A DNA stretch of 32,000 nt from Isorropodon fossajaponicum endosymbiont JTNG4 (GTDB lineage: Bacteria > Pseudomonadota > Gammaproteobacteria > PS1 > Pseudothioglobaceae): the NCBI RefSeq assembly GCF_016592615.1, contig NZ_AP013043.1, positions 750,001-782,000 of the forward strand, read 5' to 3'. A program made the translations under genes and the position numbers. Each line of letters begins with the position of its first letter. Positions within the stretch are counted from its first letter, which is position 1. The notes beneath the pieces were generated by a model. That model ran no database searches and was not told the origin of the DNA. It saw only the letters and a program-made list of their open reading frames with translations. Positions 1-9,606 of the stretch are shown here, one piece after another.

Positions 1-570
1 GTGTTATTGTTGTTAGATTTATCAGAGTCGTTAAATGAAGTTGTGGGGCAATCTGGACAAACTATTTTAGAACTCTCACAAGAGGCGGTGTCTTTGTTGG
101 CTTGGGCAGTGGAGCAGTTGGGTGATAACTTTGCCATTGCTGGTTTTAATTCTGACACTCGGCAAAAGGTTATGTATTATCATATTAAAGGCTATAGCGA
201 GCATTGGGATGATGCGGTTAAAGCGCGTTTGGCTGATTTGAAGGCCGAATTTTCTACCAGAATGGGTGCTGCTATTCGCCACGGCGCACATTACTTAGAT
301 TTACAGCAAAGCGATAAAAAATTAATGTTGATTTTGACCGATGGAGAACCTGCTGATATTGATGTTCATGATCCAAAAACCCTAATTCAAGATACACACA
401 AAGCTGTGCAAGAAGCCCAACAAAAAGGCATGTACCCTTATTGTATTAGTTTGGATAAAAAAGCAGATGAATATATAGCTGATATTTTTGGCTCGCATTA
501 TTCGGTGATTGACCGCATTGAGTCTTTGCCTCAAGAGTTGCCAAAATTATTTTTATCATTGACTAAATAA
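1..570 (+). CDS. C-terminal von Willebrand factor A (VWA) domain of a NorD/CbbO-family activation protein; 5' end lies outside the window
   Basis: The frame is open from the window edge. It has a MIDAS-type DxSxS motif (LLLLDLSES) and the VWA core strand LMLILTDGEPAD. The family normally partners a MoxR-type AAA+ ATPase (NorQ/CbbQ). NorD is favoured over CbbO only by context (adjacent Crp/Fnr-type regulator remnant and mogA). Confidence 0.8.
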   Translation: MLLLLDLSESLNEVVGQSGQTILELSQEAVSLLAWAVEQLGDNFAIAGFNSDTRQKVMYYHIKGYSEHWDDAVKARLADLKAEFSTRMGAAIRHGAHYLDLQQSDKKLMLILTDGEPADIDVHDPKTLIQDTHKAVQEAQQKGMYPYCISLDKKADEYIADIFGSHYSVIDRIESLPQELPKLFLSLTK

Positions 571-776
571 TGTTCATTAATACGGTTACTGTTAATATTG
601 ATTATCAAGGTCAGCATTATGCATTAAAAGATGTGATAGATATTGAGCATATTATTTACCATGAGGATTTTTACCATTGCATTTATTTACCCATTGCACG
701 ATCCAACAATATTGATTTATACTCTTATCAATTAGAAATAATGAATGATGGATCAAGCTATTGTTTTTTCCAATGA
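570..776 (+). CDS. hypothetical protein, translationally coupled to the VWA gene (possibly the 5' half of a split gene)
   Basis: Its ATG at 570-572 overlaps the TAA stop of the VWA ORF (568-570) as TAATG. I recognise no domain. Its 3' end overlaps the next ORF around a T6 run at 764-769. Confidence 0.4.
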   Translation: MFINTVTVNIDYQGQHYALKDVIDIEHIIYHEDFYHCIYLPIARSNNIDLYSYQLEIMNDGSSYCFFQ

Positions 777-969
777 AAAAGGATGTATTCAAGGATGTGT
801 TAGTCAAGGTGTTTTGGATTTAGTATTGTTAAAAGAAGTGCATCAAAAGGTAGAATGTTTACCAGCCGTTGAGCATATTATCCAGCAGTATATTCCCAAA
901 CTAGAGCGTAGTGATAACATTACTAAGGCGTTGGTAGATACCTATATTTTAGGAAAAAGTAGCAGTTAG
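745..969 (+). CDS. hypothetical protein (possibly the 3' half of the same split gene)
   Basis: Removing one T from the T6 run at 764-769 joins the 570 frame (..SSYCF) to this frame (SNEKGCIQG..), giving one ORF of about 132 codons. No recognisable domain. Confidence 0.35.
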   Translation: MMDQAIVFSNEKGCIQGCVSQGVLDLVLLKEVHQKVECLPAVEHIIQQYIPKLERSDNITKALVDTYILGKSSS

Positions 970-971
970 TT

Positions 972-1502
972 CTATTCAAACTCTTGTTCTACAAAATCCA
1001 AGTCAATTTGAATATTGGAATTATCAAGCAGTTCTAAACACTTTGGTACTGCCAAAAACACTGCACCTAAACAAACTGCAATTGCAGCTGGTTTACCTGG
1101 TAAATTGATAATTAAACTACTGCCACGTGTACCTGCAGTTTGACGCGAAAGAATAGCAACTGGAACAGTCCTTAAGCTAACAGTACGCATTTGCTCGGCA
1201 AAACCATCAAAAATACGCTCACACACAGCATGTGTAGCTTCGGGAGTAACATCGCGAGTGGTGGGTCCAGTGCCGCCAGTAGTGAGAATAAGGTTGCAGT
1301 TTTTATCGTCTGCAAAATCTATCATAGTCTGCTCAATTAAAGTCTGCTCATCTTCAATAATGATGGACTCAACTTCGTAAGGTGACAATATCGCCTGTTG
1401 AATCCAAGTTTGCATAGTAGGTCCGCCAATGTCCTGATATTCACCACGAGCAGCGCGGTCTGAAATAGTAATAAATCCAACTTTAATTTTTGTTTTGTTC
1501 AT
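972..1502 (-). CDS. mogA: molybdopterin adenylyltransferase MogA (molybdenum cofactor biosynthesis)
   Basis: MogA/MoaB-fold sequence with ITISDRAARGEYQD and LILTTGGTGPTTRDVTPEAT motifs. I chose the internal ATG at 1502 (MNKTKIKVGF..). The 17 extra upstream codons of the tracked ORF look non-coding. Confidence 0.85.
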   Translation of the reverse strand: MNKTKIKVGFITISDRAARGEYQDIGGPTMQTWIQQAILSPYEVESIIIEDEQTLIEQTMIDFADDKNCNLILTTGGTGPTTRDVTPEATHAVCERIFDGFAEQMRTVSLRTVPVAILSRQTAGTRGSSLIINLPGKPAAIAVCLGAVFLAVPKCLELLDNSNIQIDLDFVEQEFE

Positions 1503-2150
1503 TGTGATAGCATTGATTATGTTGAAAATTATAACACTGATTATTAGTGCCAAAATGGCAATATTTACATAATTTTTCTTTATTAGTAATGGTAATAGTA
1601 TTTTTTGTAATACCGATACTTTGATGGGGCAGGTGTTTTAGATTGCGTGAGAATGCTTCTCTGCTCATACCCAAATAAGAAGAAATAAGAGACTTGTTAT
1701 AAGGTAATTGAATGGTATTAGATTGCCATTTTTTGTTCGATGTTTTTATGTTTAATAGATTGAAGATTTTGCAAAGCAGTATTGGTTTTTTGTGCGCTCA
1801 TAACAATGAGGTTATGTGCAAATTTGGAGGATTGTTCCAGTGCATGGTTGAGCACATTAATTGGAATAGACAACATCAATGTGTCGGTAATAGTTTTGGC
1901 ATTTGCATCAAAAACTTGATGCGTAAACAGACAATGCTCTAACACAGTTTCATTATTACTAATAATTTGTAAAATTTCATTTTGGTTATTGCTTTGTTTA
2001 AAGATTTTAACCCAACCCATTAAAACAATATAATAGATGTGTTACTGGATTATTTTCCAAAATAAGCGCTTTATTTTTTGGAATTTGATAAATTCTAGAA
2101 TGACTAATAATTTGCTCTATTTCATTAACAGGTATATCTTGAAAAAGTGT
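1483..2150 (-). pseudogene. Crp/Fnr-family transcription regulator, disrupted by at least two frame changes and abutting an IS end at its 5' side
   Basis: Three consecutive pieces lie in different frames. Piece 1 is LFQDIPVNEIEQIISHSRIYQIPKNKALILENNPVTHLLYCFNG. Piece 2 is WVKIFKQSNNQNEILQII...IEQKMAI, the cNMP-binding barrel and dimer helix. Piece 3 is IQLPYNKSLISSYLGMSREAFSRNLKHL..GITKNTITI, the C-terminal HTH. The first shift sits at a G run near 2016-2018 and the second near 1718-1725. No start codon remains upstream, and the IS3 left end begins at 2166. Confidence 0.7.
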
Positions 2151-2532
2151 AATGGTCTAATTTATTGCAATAGTCTAATTTTATTGGACACAAAGATAGC
2201 CTTATAATACAAACCATAAGGAGGTCAGTAATGACACAATATAAATCAAGAAAACAACGAGTGACTTTTACCGTTGAACATTCTGTTCAATACCCCCTTG
2301 AGGGGGGAACACTAGATTATGCCAAACTCATGGTGCATGAGAATTACACCAATAAAAAAATCATGATAATATCAGGAGCTTGCTCCTCAGCAGTTAGCAG
2401 ATGGAGAAAACAATACCTAGCAGAGCTTGGTGGACAAACACCAGAGTCAGGCAAAGCGCTGACTTCTGAACAACAAACAATACAACTGCTTGAGAAACAA
2501 CTTTGGCGCGCACAAAGGGACAATGAAATCTT

Positions 2533-2539
2533 AAAAAAG
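2533..2539 (+). promoter_or_regulatory. -1 programmed ribosomal frameshift heptamer A AAA AAG of the IS3 element
   Basis: The heptamer is in the correct X XXY YYZ phase of orfA (tta aaa aag). The -1 frame continues as KKGNSLVRC...KEL*ALLKLPRSSYYYQ, which is the OrfB N-terminus. Confidence 0.6.
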
Positions 2540-3191
<652 letters not shown>

Positions 3192-3199
3192 TTAGCCAG

Positions 3200-4336
3200 C
3201 TACAATTTAAAGCCGTTAAAATCAGAGTCTTGTTCATCCAAAGTATTATCAATAGCACTGACCAAATAAGAGGTAATTTCAGTTTCTTGTGGCGCAACTT
3301 GCACATTGTCAGAATCTAGCCAGTGGTTAATCCAAGGCAATGGATTGGTGCATTCATCAAATATGGGGCTTAGGTTTAAAGCTTTCATGCGTACGTTAGT
3401 GATGTATTCTAAATATTGTTTTAAAATCTGTGCATTTAAACCAATCATAGAGCCGTCACGGAATAAGTATTCTGTCCAGTCTTTTTCTTGTTCACAAGCT
3501 TCTCTAAACATGGTAATTACTTCGCTCTCACACTCTTTGGCAATTTTTTGCATATCAGGGTCATCTTTACCGTCGCGCATCAAATTAAGCATGTATTGGG
3601 TGCCTGTTAAATGGAGTGCTTCATCGCGAGCAATCATTTTAATAATCTTGGCATTACCCTCCATAACCTTGCGTTCAGCAAAAGCAAATGAGCAAGCAAA
3701 ACTAACATAGAACCGTACTGCCTCAAGAATATTGACCGACATAATCGTAAGATAAAGTTGCCTTTTCAAACAGTACAAGTCAATTAACACCTCTTCTTCT
3801 TGAATTTTAAGCTTACCCGTACCGTGTAATAAATATGCTTGAGTATATTTAATTAACTCATCATAGTGTCTGGATACACTCTCAGCACGTTGAATAATTT
3901 CATCCATTTTCATGATATCATCAAACATCACACCTGGCTCATTAACAATAGCACGAATAATATGCGTATAAGAACGCGAATGAATGGTTTCAGAAAATGA
4001 CCAAGTTTCAATCCAGTTTTCTAACTCTGGCAATGATACAATTGGCAAAAAAGCAATATTAGGGGCGCGGCCTTGTACTGAATCAAGCAAAATTTGGTAT
4101 TGTAGATTAGAGATAAAAATATGTTTTTCATTAGGGAGTAATTTAGCAAAATCTATTTTATCTTTGGAAACATCAATCTCTTCTGGACGCCAAAAAAATG
4201 AGAGTTGTTTTTCAGTGAGTTTTTCAAATATCTCAAATTTTTGCTTATCAAAACGCGCAATATTCACACTGTCGCCAAAAAACATGGGCTGGGTTAGCGT
4301 GTCACTAATTTTTTTGTTAAAGATACTGTACGACAT
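3200..4336 (-). CDS. nrdB: ribonucleoside-diphosphate reductase class Ia, beta subunit
   Basis: Full-length 378-aa NrdB-like sequence with iron/radical-site segments ([24 protein letters not shown]) and an acidic C-terminal tail. Confidence 0.95.
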   Translation of the reverse strand: MSYSIFNKKISDTLTQPMFFGDSVNIARFDKQKFEIFEKLTEKQLSFFWRPEEIDVSKDKIDFAKLLPNEKHIFISNLQYQILLDSVQGRAPNIAFLPIVSLPELENWIETWSFSETIHSRSYTHIIRAIVNEPGVMFDDIMKMDEIIQRAESVSRHYDELIKYTQAYLLHGTGKLKIQEEEVLIDLYCLKRQLYLTIMSVNILEAVRFYVSFACSFAFAERKVMEGNAKIIKMIARDEALHLTGTQYMLNLMRDGKDDPDMQKIAKECESEVITMFREACEQEKDWTEYLFRDGSMIGLNAQILKQYLEYITNVRMKALNLSPIFDECTNPLPWINHWLDSDNVQVAPQETEITSYLVSAIDNTLDEQDSDFNGFKL

Positions 4337-4416
4337 AATATAACTCCCTTATTTTATTTCTAAGCAAAACTTTTAATCTTTTGTTTAGGCTTTAATGTTA
4401 ATGGTTTTTATCTACT

Positions 4417-6690
4417 TTATAATTTGCAAACACCATCTACACACGCGTAGTCATCTTCTTTTTCCTGCCAGTCATCGCCACCATCGCGAGTTGTGTGATA
4501 ATAAAGTGTTTTAATGCCATATTTATAGGCCTTTAACAAGTCCATTAAAAATAGTTTCATCGGTACTCTATTGCCTTCAAATTGTGAAGGGTCATAATGC
4601 GTATTGGTAGAAATAGATTGATCTACAAATTTTTGCATAATCCCACAAAGTTGTAGGTAGCCTTCGTTATCTTTAATGTCCCAAAGTAATTCATACTGAT
4701 TTTTTAATCTTTCATACTCAGGCACAATTTGTTTTAAGATGCCGTCTTTAGATTGTTTGATAGAAACAAACCCTCTAGGTGGCTCAATACCGTTGGTTGA
4801 ATTAGAAATTTGTGATGAGCTTTCACATGGCATAAGTGCTGTTAAAGTTGAGTTTCTAAGCCCTGTTGATTTAATATCTTGGCGTAGCGTATCCCAATCA
4901 AGTTCTAATTTACAATCACAAAATGCATCAATGTCTTTTTTATAAGAATCAATGGGCATAATGCCTTGTGAATATTGAGTTTGAGAAAATAATGGACAGG
5001 CGCCTAATTCTTTTGCCAATGTATTTGAGGCTTTTAATGAGTAATATTGTAACGCTTCAAAAGTTTTGTGAATGAGCTGATTGCCCGACCCATCAGAGTA
5101 TTTCACACCATTTTTGGCTAAATAATAAGCAAGGTTGGTGACACCAATACCAAGTGTACGGCGGTTCTTGCTAGCCAGTTCAGCCGCTTTAATTGGGTAG
5201 TCTTGATAATCAAGCAAACAATCCAATGAACGTACAATAATATCAGTTAGAGCTTCCATCTCATCTAAAGAGTCTAATGCACCAAGATTGACCGCTGATA
5301 GCGTACAAAGTGCCACTTCACCTTGTTCATCCTGAACTGAGTACAAAGGCTTGGTTGGCAAGGTAATTTCCATGCAAAGATTAGATTGTTTAATAGGGGC
5401 TTGCTTGGCATCAAAAGCGCTATGAGTATTGCAATGATCAACATTTTGCAGATAAATACGACCTGTATTAGCACGCTCTTGCATAAACTTGGCAAATAAT
5501 TCTCTGGCCTTAATGGTTTGTTTTCTAATTGAGTCATCTTGTTCGTATTGCTCATACAAGCGTTTAAACTCTTCTTGGTCGGCAAAAAAAGAATCGTATA
5601 AACCAGGCACATCATGGGGTGAAAATAAAGTAATATCATCATCTTTTAAAAAGCGTTGATACATTAAGCCGTTAAATTGCACGCCATAATCAAGATGGCG
5701 AATGCGGTTTTCATCGGTGCCTGTGTTATTTTTAAGCACTAACAAGCTTTCAACTTCCAAGTGCCACAAGGGATAAAACAAAGTGGCTGCACCACCGCGT
5801 ACACCACCCTGGGAGCAAGATTTAACCGCAGTATGAAAGTGTTTATAAAAAGGAATACAGCCTGTATGTGTTGCCTCGCCACCACGAATGGGACTGCCAA
5901 TTGCGCGAATTTTGCCACCATTAATACCAATGCCAGCACGCTGAGAAACGTACTTTACAATAGCACCAGCAGCAGCACTGATTGAATCTAAATCATCATC
6001 TACCTCAATCAATACACAAGATGAAAACTGGCGTGTGGGGGTTCTAACGCCCGCCATAATAGGGGTAGGAAGAGATATTTTAAATAAACTTACTGCGTCA
6101 TAAAAGCGTTTCACAATATCCATGCGTACATTGGCTTCATACTCTTGAAATAAACACATACCCACCAATACATAAAGCAATTGTGGCGATTCGTAAATTT
6201 CGCCAGTGACACGATTTTGGACTAGGTATTTGCCCTCTAATTGCTTAACTGCAGCATAGGAAAACTTCATATCACGCCAATGGTCAATATAGGCATCTAG
6301 GGTTTCAATCTCTTCTTTTGAGTATTTATTAAGAATATCTTTGTCATAAATACCCAAATCTGTGAATTTTTCAATATGTTCAAAAAGCGGGGGCGGGGTG
6401 AAAGATTTAAATGCCTTTTTACGCAAATGAAAAATAGCCAAACGTGCCGCTAAGTATTGATAATCTGGCACCTCTATTGAGATTAAATCTGCTGCTGATT
6501 TAATAATGGTTTCATGGATGTCTTCTGTTTTAATACCATCAAAAAATGCCAACTGCGCGTTAATTTCAACCTGACTCACGCTAACGCCTTTTAAATCTTG
6601 TGAAGCCCAGTGCACAACGCGATGAATTTTTTCCATATCAATGGATTCTTGTTGCCCATTACGCTTGATGACTTTGATGTCTTGGTTCAT
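4417..6690 (-). CDS. nrdA: ribonucleoside-diphosphate reductase class Ia, alpha subunit
   Basis: 757 aa with an N-terminal ATP-cone (VIKRNGQQESIDMEKI), the catalytic-region segment NLCMEITLP, and a C-terminal Cys pair (YACVDGVCKL). AGGAAC lies upstream of the ATG. Confidence 0.95.
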   Translation of the reverse strand: MNQDIKVIKRNGQQESIDMEKIHRVVHWASQDLKGVSVSQVEINAQLAFFDGIKTEDIHETIIKSAADLISIEVPDYQYLAARLAIFHLRKKAFKSFTPPPLFEHIEKFTDLGIYDKDILNKYSKEEIETLDAYIDHWRDMKFSYAAVKQLEGKYLVQNRVTGEIYESPQLLYVLVGMCLFQEYEANVRMDIVKRFYDAVSLFKISLPTPIMAGVRTPTRQFSSCVLIEVDDDLDSISAAAGAIVKYVSQRAGIGINGGKIRAIGSPIRGGEATHTGCIPFYKHFHTAVKSCSQGGVRGGAATLFYPLWHLEVESLLVLKNNTGTDENRIRHLDYGVQFNGLMYQRFLKDDDITLFSPHDVPGLYDSFFADQEEFKRLYEQYEQDDSIRKQTIKARELFAKFMQERANTGRIYLQNVDHCNTHSAFDAKQAPIKQSNLCMEITLPTKPLYSVQDEQGEVALCTLSAVNLGALDSLDEMEALTDIIVRSLDCLLDYQDYPIKAAELASKNRRTLGIGVTNLAYYLAKNGVKYSDGSGNQLIHKTFEALQYYSLKASNTLAKELGACPLFSQTQYSQGIMPIDSYKKDIDAFCDCKLELDWDTLRQDIKSTGLRNSTLTALMPCESSSQISNSTNGIEPPRGFVSIKQSKDGILKQIVPEYERLKNQYELLWDIKDNEGYLQLCGIMQKFVDQSISTNTHYDPSQFEGNRVPMKLFLMDLLKAYKYGIKTLYYHTTRDGGDDWQEKEDDYACVDGVCKL

Positions 6691-6708
6691 TAGTGTTCCT
6701 AGTAAAAA

Positions 6709-6724
6709 ACACTACATATAGTGT
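6709..6724 (-). promoter_or_regulatory. NrdR box 1 (proximal)
   Basis: ACACTACATATAGTGT is an imperfect 16-bp palindrome matching the published NrdR-box consensus acaCwAtATaTwGtgt. It lies 19 nt upstream of the nrdA start. Confidence 0.65.
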
Positions 6725-6740
6725 TAGTAAAAGTTAATTG

Positions 6741-6756
6741 CAACTAAATATAGTGT
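6741..6756 (-). promoter_or_regulatory. NrdR box 2 (distal, overlaps the -10)
   Basis: The minus strand reads ACACTATATTTAGTTG. A 16-bp spacer separates it from box 1 (starts 32 bp apart), which is the usual tandem NrdR-box geometry. Confidence 0.6.
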
Positions 6757-6775
6757 ATTTGGATTATTTTTGCAA
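6747..6775 (-). promoter_or_regulatory. putative sigma70 promoter of nrdAB-yfaE
   Basis: On the minus strand: TTGCAA (6770-6775), a 17-nt spacer, then TATATT (6747-6752). The -10 lies inside NrdR box 2. Confidence 0.5.
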
Positions 6776-6983
6776 GTGCAAAATATTGCAATTTATGGAT
6801 AAAAATGCTTAAAATATTGCTACGAAAGGGATTGCTAGATTGAAAAAAAATTAGCATCATTTTTGACAAAAATATTACCGATTTATAATGTATTTTGGTT
6901 GTAAAAATCATAAAGCCTGGTGTGGCAATCTTTTTAGAGGTTAATGTTTAAAAAAATATTTTCCGTTTGATTTTTAACCTTGT

Positions 6984-8582
6984 TTAGCCCGTTAACTTTC
7001 TTTTAAGAATTTTTCCAACACTGGATTTTGGCAATGAGTCAATCCACTGAATTTTTCTTGGAATTTTGTAATGAGCTAAATGCTCTTTACAATAATCAAT
7101 CAATGCTTGTTTTTCTAACTTTGAACTGGGTTTTTTCACCACAAATGCTTTGACAATTTGACCACTTATTTCACGCTCAATACCAACACAAGCAGATTCT
7201 ACAACGTCAGAATGTTGATTAAGTACTTGTTCTACCTCGCAAGGATAAACATTAAACCCTGATACAATAATCATATCTTTGAGCCGATCAACAATAAATA
7301 TTCGCCCTTGTTCGTCCATATAGCCCATATCACCACTAAGAAAGTATCCATCTTGAGTAAATACTTGTTGATTTAAGGTTTGTTTATGCCAATAAGATGC
7401 CATCACCTGAGGGCCTTTAATGCTTATTTCGCCAATTTCATTTGTTTTTAGTGCTTGGTGAGATTTGTCTAAAATTTTGATTTTTGTTTCTATTAAAGGC
7501 TTACCAACAGAACCACTAAATTTATTGGTTTGATACCCTTCAGCACTAACCACAGGTGAACATTCAGTTAATCCATAGCCCTGCACAATTGGCTTTCCAG
7601 TGGTTGACTGCCACTGGTCTGAGATATTTTTATCCAGTGACATACCACCTGAGATGGCTACCTTTAATGTTGACCAGTTTAAAATTTTAAAATCCTTATG
7701 CTTAACCAATACACCAAATAAAGTATTAACACCTGTAATCACATCAACATGGTATTTTTTTAAAGGTGTTATTAATTGCTTTATTTCTCTAGGGTTAAGC
7801 ACCAAAATATTATTGCCTTTAATATGGACAAATAACAAACAATTAATCGTTAATGCAAAAATATGATAAAGCGGTAGGGCGGTTAAAATCAGGCTATTTT
7901 GATTAATACTTTTAGGCAGCCAGTACTCTAATTGGTGAATATTCGCCAAAATATTTTTATGCTCAAGTGTGGCTGCTTTTAACACCCCGCTGGTACCACC
8001 TGTGTATTGTAATAATGCCACTGTATTTTGAAAGGTTTGTTGGCTTAGGGCAGCTGATGTGTTGTTTAAAATTTTATGTAGTGTGGTATAGTGGACATTT
8101 TTGATTTTTTTGATAAGAAATACATTGCGTTTAATGCAGGTGATTAAATTAAGCGCATAACGTTTTATTAAAGGCTGTAAGTCGCCTATTTCAACAGTGA
8201 TGACTTGCCGTATGTCGGTGTTTTTAAGAATAGGCTTGAGTGTTTTATAGAAAATTTTAGCAATGATGATGGTTTTGACTTGTGCATCTAAGCATTGTTT
8301 TAAAACTTCATCACTGGTGTAGAGCGGGTTAATTAAGGTTATAGTTTTATCACTATACCAAGTGCCAAACAAACCCACTGGAAAGGATAAAAGATTGGGC
8401 ATCATAATTGCCACTGTGCCATTATCAGCATGACTTGATAAATAATTAGCTAGGCTAATACTATGTTGATAAAGTTTTTTATAACTAATTGGGGTGTCTA
8501 GACCTACAAATGCCTGATGATTAGGCGTGGTATTTTTAGCGTTATCAAGTAGTTGGGTTAAGTGATTGATACTAGACCGCAT
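6984..8582 (-). CDS. fadD: long-chain fatty-acid--CoA ligase (AMP-binding family)
   Basis: AMP-binding signature LQYTGGTSGVLKAATLEH and a C-terminal ..GKILKRKL. I chose the start at ATG 8582 (MRSSINHLTQ..), which overlaps the patatin stop by 11 nt. The longer tracked start would overlap by 80 nt. Confidence 0.85.
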   Translation of the reverse strand: MRSSINHLTQLLDNAKNTTPNHQAFVGLDTPISYKKLYQHSISLANYLSSHADNGTVAIMMPNLLSFPVGLFGTWYSDKTITLINPLYTSDEVLKQCLDAQVKTIIIAKIFYKTLKPILKNTDIRQVITVEIGDLQPLIKRYALNLITCIKRNVFLIKKIKNVHYTTLHKILNNTSAALSQQTFQNTVALLQYTGGTSGVLKAATLEHKNILANIHQLEYWLPKSINQNSLILTALPLYHIFALTINCLLFVHIKGNNILVLNPREIKQLITPLKKYHVDVITGVNTLFGVLVKHKDFKILNWSTLKVAISGGMSLDKNISDQWQSTTGKPIVQGYGLTECSPVVSAEGYQTNKFSGSVGKPLIETKIKILDKSHQALKTNEIGEISIKGPQVMASYWHKQTLNQQVFTQDGYFLSGDMGYMDEQGRIFIVDRLKDMIIVSGFNVYPCEVEQVLNQHSDVVESACVGIEREISGQIVKAFVVKKPSSKLEKQALIDYCKEHLAHYKIPRKIQWIDSLPKSSVGKILKRKLTG

Positions 8583-9606
8583 GATTTTCAACCAATTGAC
8601 TGGCAAAATGATTGAGTGATTTTTGATTAAACACAATTGCTTGTCTGCCAAGTTGATAAAGAAAATCTAAGTATTCATCATCACTATTATCAAGATTTGC
8701 CGAATGTGATGGCTTAATAAAGGGATTAATCCTAAAATAGTTTGAACCCTTACCGTAAACGGTATTTAGTTGATAGTCACAAACCTCTGATAAAGAAGTA
8801 GTAACCAAATTACTGCCAGCATCACGCCATTCAACCGCTCCCCAATGCTTAATAGTATCACAATCTAGGTGCGTGTCTTGTCTACCAGTGCCAAGTGATA
8901 ATAACACTGTATTGACAAAATAAAGATTGGGGTTGAGACGCCTAAATTCCGCATAAGCGGAAAGGGCAGGATTGACAGCAAAAATACCACCATCAACAAA
9001 ACAATGTCGATTTAAGCCATCCACTGTTGTAATATTAGCAGGTGGAAAATAGGTAATGGCAGAAGTGGCAGCGCGCATAGCATCCTTTAAATAGTAATTG
9101 TGTTTTTCATTTGTAGTTGCTTTGTGTTGGCGAAAAAAATAATTTTCTCCTTGCGTTAAATCATAAACTGGAATTAAACAAGGTTTTAGTAATTCTTTCA
9201 ATGTTTGGCTAGCAAAATATTGCTGATAAACAAGATTAACACCCTCGACGTCATACTTCACATCTAGTAGTCCTGAGGCGGACTTAACCTCTTGCATAAA
9301 AGAGGATTGAAATATTGTTTTAGAATGTTCTAAATACAATTGTACAATATCATTGGCAGTGTATTTTGGTCTACCACTTTCATCAGGCGTTAATAAACCA
9401 GCAATAATTAAGCCACCTGTAGAAGTACCTGCAAATAAATCAAAATAATCAGCAAGTCTAGCGTCAGCATTGCCACTCAATTGTTGTATTTTTTCTTCCA
9501 GATAAGACAAAATAACCGCAGGCACAATGCCTCTTACACCCCCGCCATCAATCGAAAGAATTCGGGTATGAATATTGGGTTTTTTATGAGTAGTTTTCAA
9601 AAACAC
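8572..9606 (-). CDS. patatin-like phospholipase
   Basis: Oxyanion motif DGGGVRG, nucleophile elbow GTSTG (GxSxG) and catalytic Asp motif FVDGGIFAVNP. The start is uncertain: GTG 9606, TTG 9600 or ATG 9651. All of them overlap the 3' end of fadA. Confidence 0.85.
   Translation of the reverse strand: MFLKTTHKKPNIHTRILSIDGGGVRGIVPAVILSYLEEKIQQLSGNADARLADYFDLFAGTSTGGLIIAGLLTPDESGRPKYTANDIVQLYLEHSKTIFQSSFMQEVKSASGLLDVKYDVEGVNLVYQQYFASQTLKELLKPCLIPVYDLTQGENYFFRQHKATTNEKHNYYLKDAMRAATSAITYFPPANITTVDGLNRHCFVDGGIFAVNPALSAYAEFRRLNPNLYFVNTVLLSLGTGRQDTHLDCDTIKHWGAVEWRDAGSNLVTTSLSEVCDYQLNTVYGKGSNYFRINPFIKPSHSANLDNSDDEYLDFLYQLGRQAIVFNQKSLNHFASQLVENHAV

Noticed and set aside
3306-6000. Plus-strand ORFs inside nrdB and nrdA (3306-3710, 3984-4343, 4739-4945, 5761-5985) and the out-of-frame minus-strand ORFs 5274-5642 and 5739-5939
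   Set aside because: They lie entirely within strongly supported nrdB/nrdA coding sequence, on the other strand or in another frame. They have low-complexity translations.
8572-9606. Patatin-like phospholipase as a CBASS CapV-type defence effector
   Set aside because: Its size and motifs are compatible with CapV. However, no CD-NTase, cyclase, E1/E2/JAB or other signalling gene is adjacent. Both neighbours are beta-oxidation genes with overlapping reading frames, so a metabolic role is the better-supported reading.
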